Part shown: positions 61,004 through 64,000 of the stretch, piece by piece | Layout: every line of letters begins with the position of its first letter | Position numbering within the stretch: position 1 is the first letter of the stretch | Assembly (NCBI GenBank): GCA_030390025.1 | Contig: CM059432.1 | Coordinates: 14,014,001 to 14,078,000, forward strand | Origin: Squalus acanthias | Lineage: Eukaryota | DNA length: 64,000 nt | Reading direction: 5' to 3' | Notes under the pieces: generated by a model | Seen by the model: only the letters and a program-made list of their open reading frames with translations | Databases searched by the model: none | What the model was told of the DNA's origin: nothing | Translations under genes and position numbers: made by a program

Positions 61004-63502
61004 ATAGAATCATAGAATGGTTACAGCACAGAAAGAGGCCATTTGGCCCGTCGAACCTGTACCAGCTCTCTGGAAGAGCACTTAAGCTAGTCCCACTCCC
61101 CCTGCCCTTTCCCTGTAGCCCTGCAATTTTTTTTCCTTCAGGTACTTATCCAATTCCCTTTTGAAAACCATGATTGAATCTGCCTCCACCGCCCTTTCAG
61201 GCAGTGAATTCCAGATCCTAACCACTTATAGAGTCATAGGCCGCGATTTTCTGCTTCGAGGCGGCTTGGGAGCGGGTCAGCTGCCTTCCTGGTTTTAGTC
61301 CCGCCCCCAACTACATCCGGCCCACAGACGTAATTTTACATCAATTGGTCTTGTTAAGCCCGCCCTGCGGGCTTGCTGGCCAATTAAGAGGAAACCAGTG
61401 TCAGATTATGTCATTTGATGACGCATCATCTGCCAGTTTTCTTAAAGGGACCATGGACAGTTTTTTTTGACAGTTGATTTTTCAGTGTTTGACAGCATTG
61501 AGGTGATGCAAACACTGACAATTACTGTGCAAAGGTGAACTCTTGCACCCAGGCTCCCCAGTGACTCCCTCCTTAGGCTAGAACAAATGGCAGCTGCAGT
61601 TGAGGTTACAGAAGCGATCTGTCACTGGTGAGAGAGGTTCTCCCAATGCGGTGGGACTAGACATACAATTCAAAACTTGTTACCTACAGAAAAGTCTACA
61701 TGCATTAAAAATGAATTTCCCAACATTTTCTTACCTCTGAAACTCACCAGTGCACCATTGGATCCTTCACAACACTTCTGCAGCTGTCATCAATGCAGAA
61801 ACATTACAGCAGACTCACAACACGCCACACTTACCTGGCGTGGTGTCCTGTCGTCGGGAAGCCCGCAGTAGAAGTGTCAAAATTGGAAAAAGCCTGTTAA
61901 CTGCCTGTTAATAACCTGTTAATAAGCAGTTCAGTGGCTTTAATCCTCTTCCCGCCGCTAGGTATCGGGTCCATGTGCAAATCGGGGACCCAACTCTTGG
62001 GAAGATTGATTGGAGGCGGGTTGACAGTGGGTGTCCTGCCCGCTGTCAATCTTTGTGATTTTGCCGGATGTCCCGCCTCCAAACCCGCCCCCTGAGCGCC
62101 GGCAAAATTCTGGCCTTAGAGTCATAGAGTCATTATGGCACAGAAGGAGGCCACTTGGCCCATCGAGTCCGTGCCGGCTCTCTGTAGAGCAATCCAGTCA
62201 GTCCCACTCCCCCGTTCTATCCCCGTAGCCCTGCAAGTTTATTTCCCTCAAGTTCCTCTCCAATTTCCTTTTGAAATCATTGATCGTCCCCTCTTCCACC
62301 ACCCTCGTCGGCAGCGAGTTCCAGGTCATTACCACTCGCTGCGTAAAAACGTTCTTCCTCACATCCCCCCTGTATCTCTTGCCCAAAACCTTAACTCTGT
62401 CTCCCCTAGTCCTTGCTGCGTAAAAAAAGTTTTTTCTCCTGTCACCTTTAGTTCTTCTGCCAATCACCTTAAATCTGTGTCCTCTGGTTCTCGACCCTTC
62501 TGCCAATGGGAACAGTTTCTCTTTATCTACTCTGTCTAGACCCCTCATGATATTGAACACCTCTATCAAATCTCCTCTCAACTGCCTCTGCTCTAAGGAG
62601 AACAACTCCAGCTTCTCCAGTCTATCCATGTAATTGAAGTCCCTCATCCCTGGAACCATTCTTGTAAATCTTTTCTGCACCCTCTCTAAGGCCTTCACAT
62701 CCTTCCTAAAGTGCACAGAATTGGACACAATACTCCAGTTGAGGCTGATCCAGTGTTTTATAAAGGTTCATCATACCTTCCTTGCTTTTGTACTCCGCCT
62801 CTATTTCTGAAGCCCAGGATCCCGTATCCTTTTTTAACCGCTTTCTAAACCTGCCCTGCCACCTTCAACAATTTGTGCACATATACCCCCAGGTCTCTCT
62901 GTTCATGCACCCCCTTTAGAATTGTAACCTTTGGTTTATATTGCCTCTCCTCGTTCTTCCTACCAAAATGTATCACTTTGCACTTTTCTGCGTTAAATTT
63001 CATCTGCAACGTGTCCGCCTATTCCACCAGCCTGTCTATGTCCTCTTGAAGTCTATCACGCTCCTCCTCACTGTTCACTATACTTCCAAGATTTGTGTCA
63101 TCTGCAAATTTTGAAATTGTGCCCTGTACACCCAAGTCCAAGTCATTAATATATGTCAAGAAAAGCAGTGGTCCTATTACCGACCCCTGGGGAACACCAC
63201 TGTATACCTTCCTCCAGTCCGAAAAACAACCGCTCACCACTACTCTCTGTTTCCTGTCACTTAGCCAATTTCGTATCCATGCTGCCACTGTCCCTTTTAT
63301 TCCATGGGCTTCAACTTTGCTGGCAAGCCTATTATGTGGCACTTTATCAAACGCCTTTTGGAAGTCCATGTACCACGTCACCGCATTGTCCTCATCAACC
63401 CTCTCTGTTACCTCATCAAAAAAACGCGATCAAGTTAGTTAAACACGATTTGCCTTTAACAAATCTGTGCTGGCTTTCCTTAATTAATCCACACTTATCC
63501 AG
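61004..63502 (-). mobile_element. CR1 3' part with nested CR1 fragment (about 61227-62414) and MITE
   Basis: MDFQKAFDKVPH, GVPQGSVIGPLLF, KFADDTNLG; tail at 61004 separated from the body by the nested elements. Confidence 0.92.
61239..62115. mobile_element. Harbinger H1-related MITE (paralogue of 35476-36362)
   Basis: TIR GGCCGCGATTTT...AAAATTCTGGCC; flanks ATA/TTA inside a (TAGAGTCA)n CR1 tail. Confidence 0.85.
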
Positions 63503-64000
63503 AAGATACTGGAAACACAGGTCAGACAGCATTTGAAGAGGAAAGATGGGTTAATGATGGGCCTGCTGTGCATTTCTAACATTACCTGATTTTTATTTTA
63601 CGTAGGATATACGGCACAGAAACAGGCCATTCGGCCCAACCAGTCCATTTTGATTTGTAGCATTGACCTGTCTTTAGTTTTATCCCATGTAGTGTGATCT
63701 CCTACTAAATGATAATCGCTACAATTAATTTCAAATAACATTAAAAAAAAGTATGAAATGACTGGCTACAAGGTCATTGCATGTGTTGAAATATACATTT
63801 CGTTCAATTCTCAACATATTTTAATATAAAATCTCTACAAAGCGCACTGAGAAATGTACGGACCACAAAGGCTGAATGAACGTGGTTTACATCCCCTCCT
63901 GTAATAAGCATTTTGTTCCTTTAATGGATCAGCCATTGGGGAAGCCAGTGCTGGCTCCTGCCTTTGGGAATACTGTATTTTATTCTGAGCTCCACCTGGC

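Noticed and set aside
1..64000. CRISPR array, rRNA or prokaryotic operon
   Set aside because: No regularly spaced repeat-spacer units, rRNA signatures or gene-dense organisation; content is vertebrate transposons.

Overview
Eukaryotic, repeat-dense DNA with no recognisable host protein-coding exon. It is most likely from a shark or other elasmobranch, inferred from an HE1-type V-SINE, DeuSINEs and abundant CR1 LINEs. The window is a mosaic of nested, decayed transposons: (1) CR1 LINE fragments with (TGATTCTA)n-type tails; (2) a second CR1-group LINE family and its tail-sharing tRNA-SINE; (3) L2 relics and DeuSINEs; (4) many PIF/Harbinger elements, namely a 3.7-kb copy with convergent Myb/SANT and HARBI1-like genes, its deletion derivatives, an older two-gene relic, and several MITE families with 3-bp TSDs; (5) a hAT-like MITE. 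The most notable signal is two unrelated families of short retroposed inserts carrying minimal hammerhead-ribozyme cores (CUGANGA-A-stem II-GAAA-palindrome-UU) of the Penelope-like element type. Several have 12-14 bp TSDs and two form long inverted repeats. There are also two cases of local templated (template-switch) insertion. All calls come from reading the sequence by eye and no database search was run. Boundaries not anchored by a TSD or TIR are approximate.
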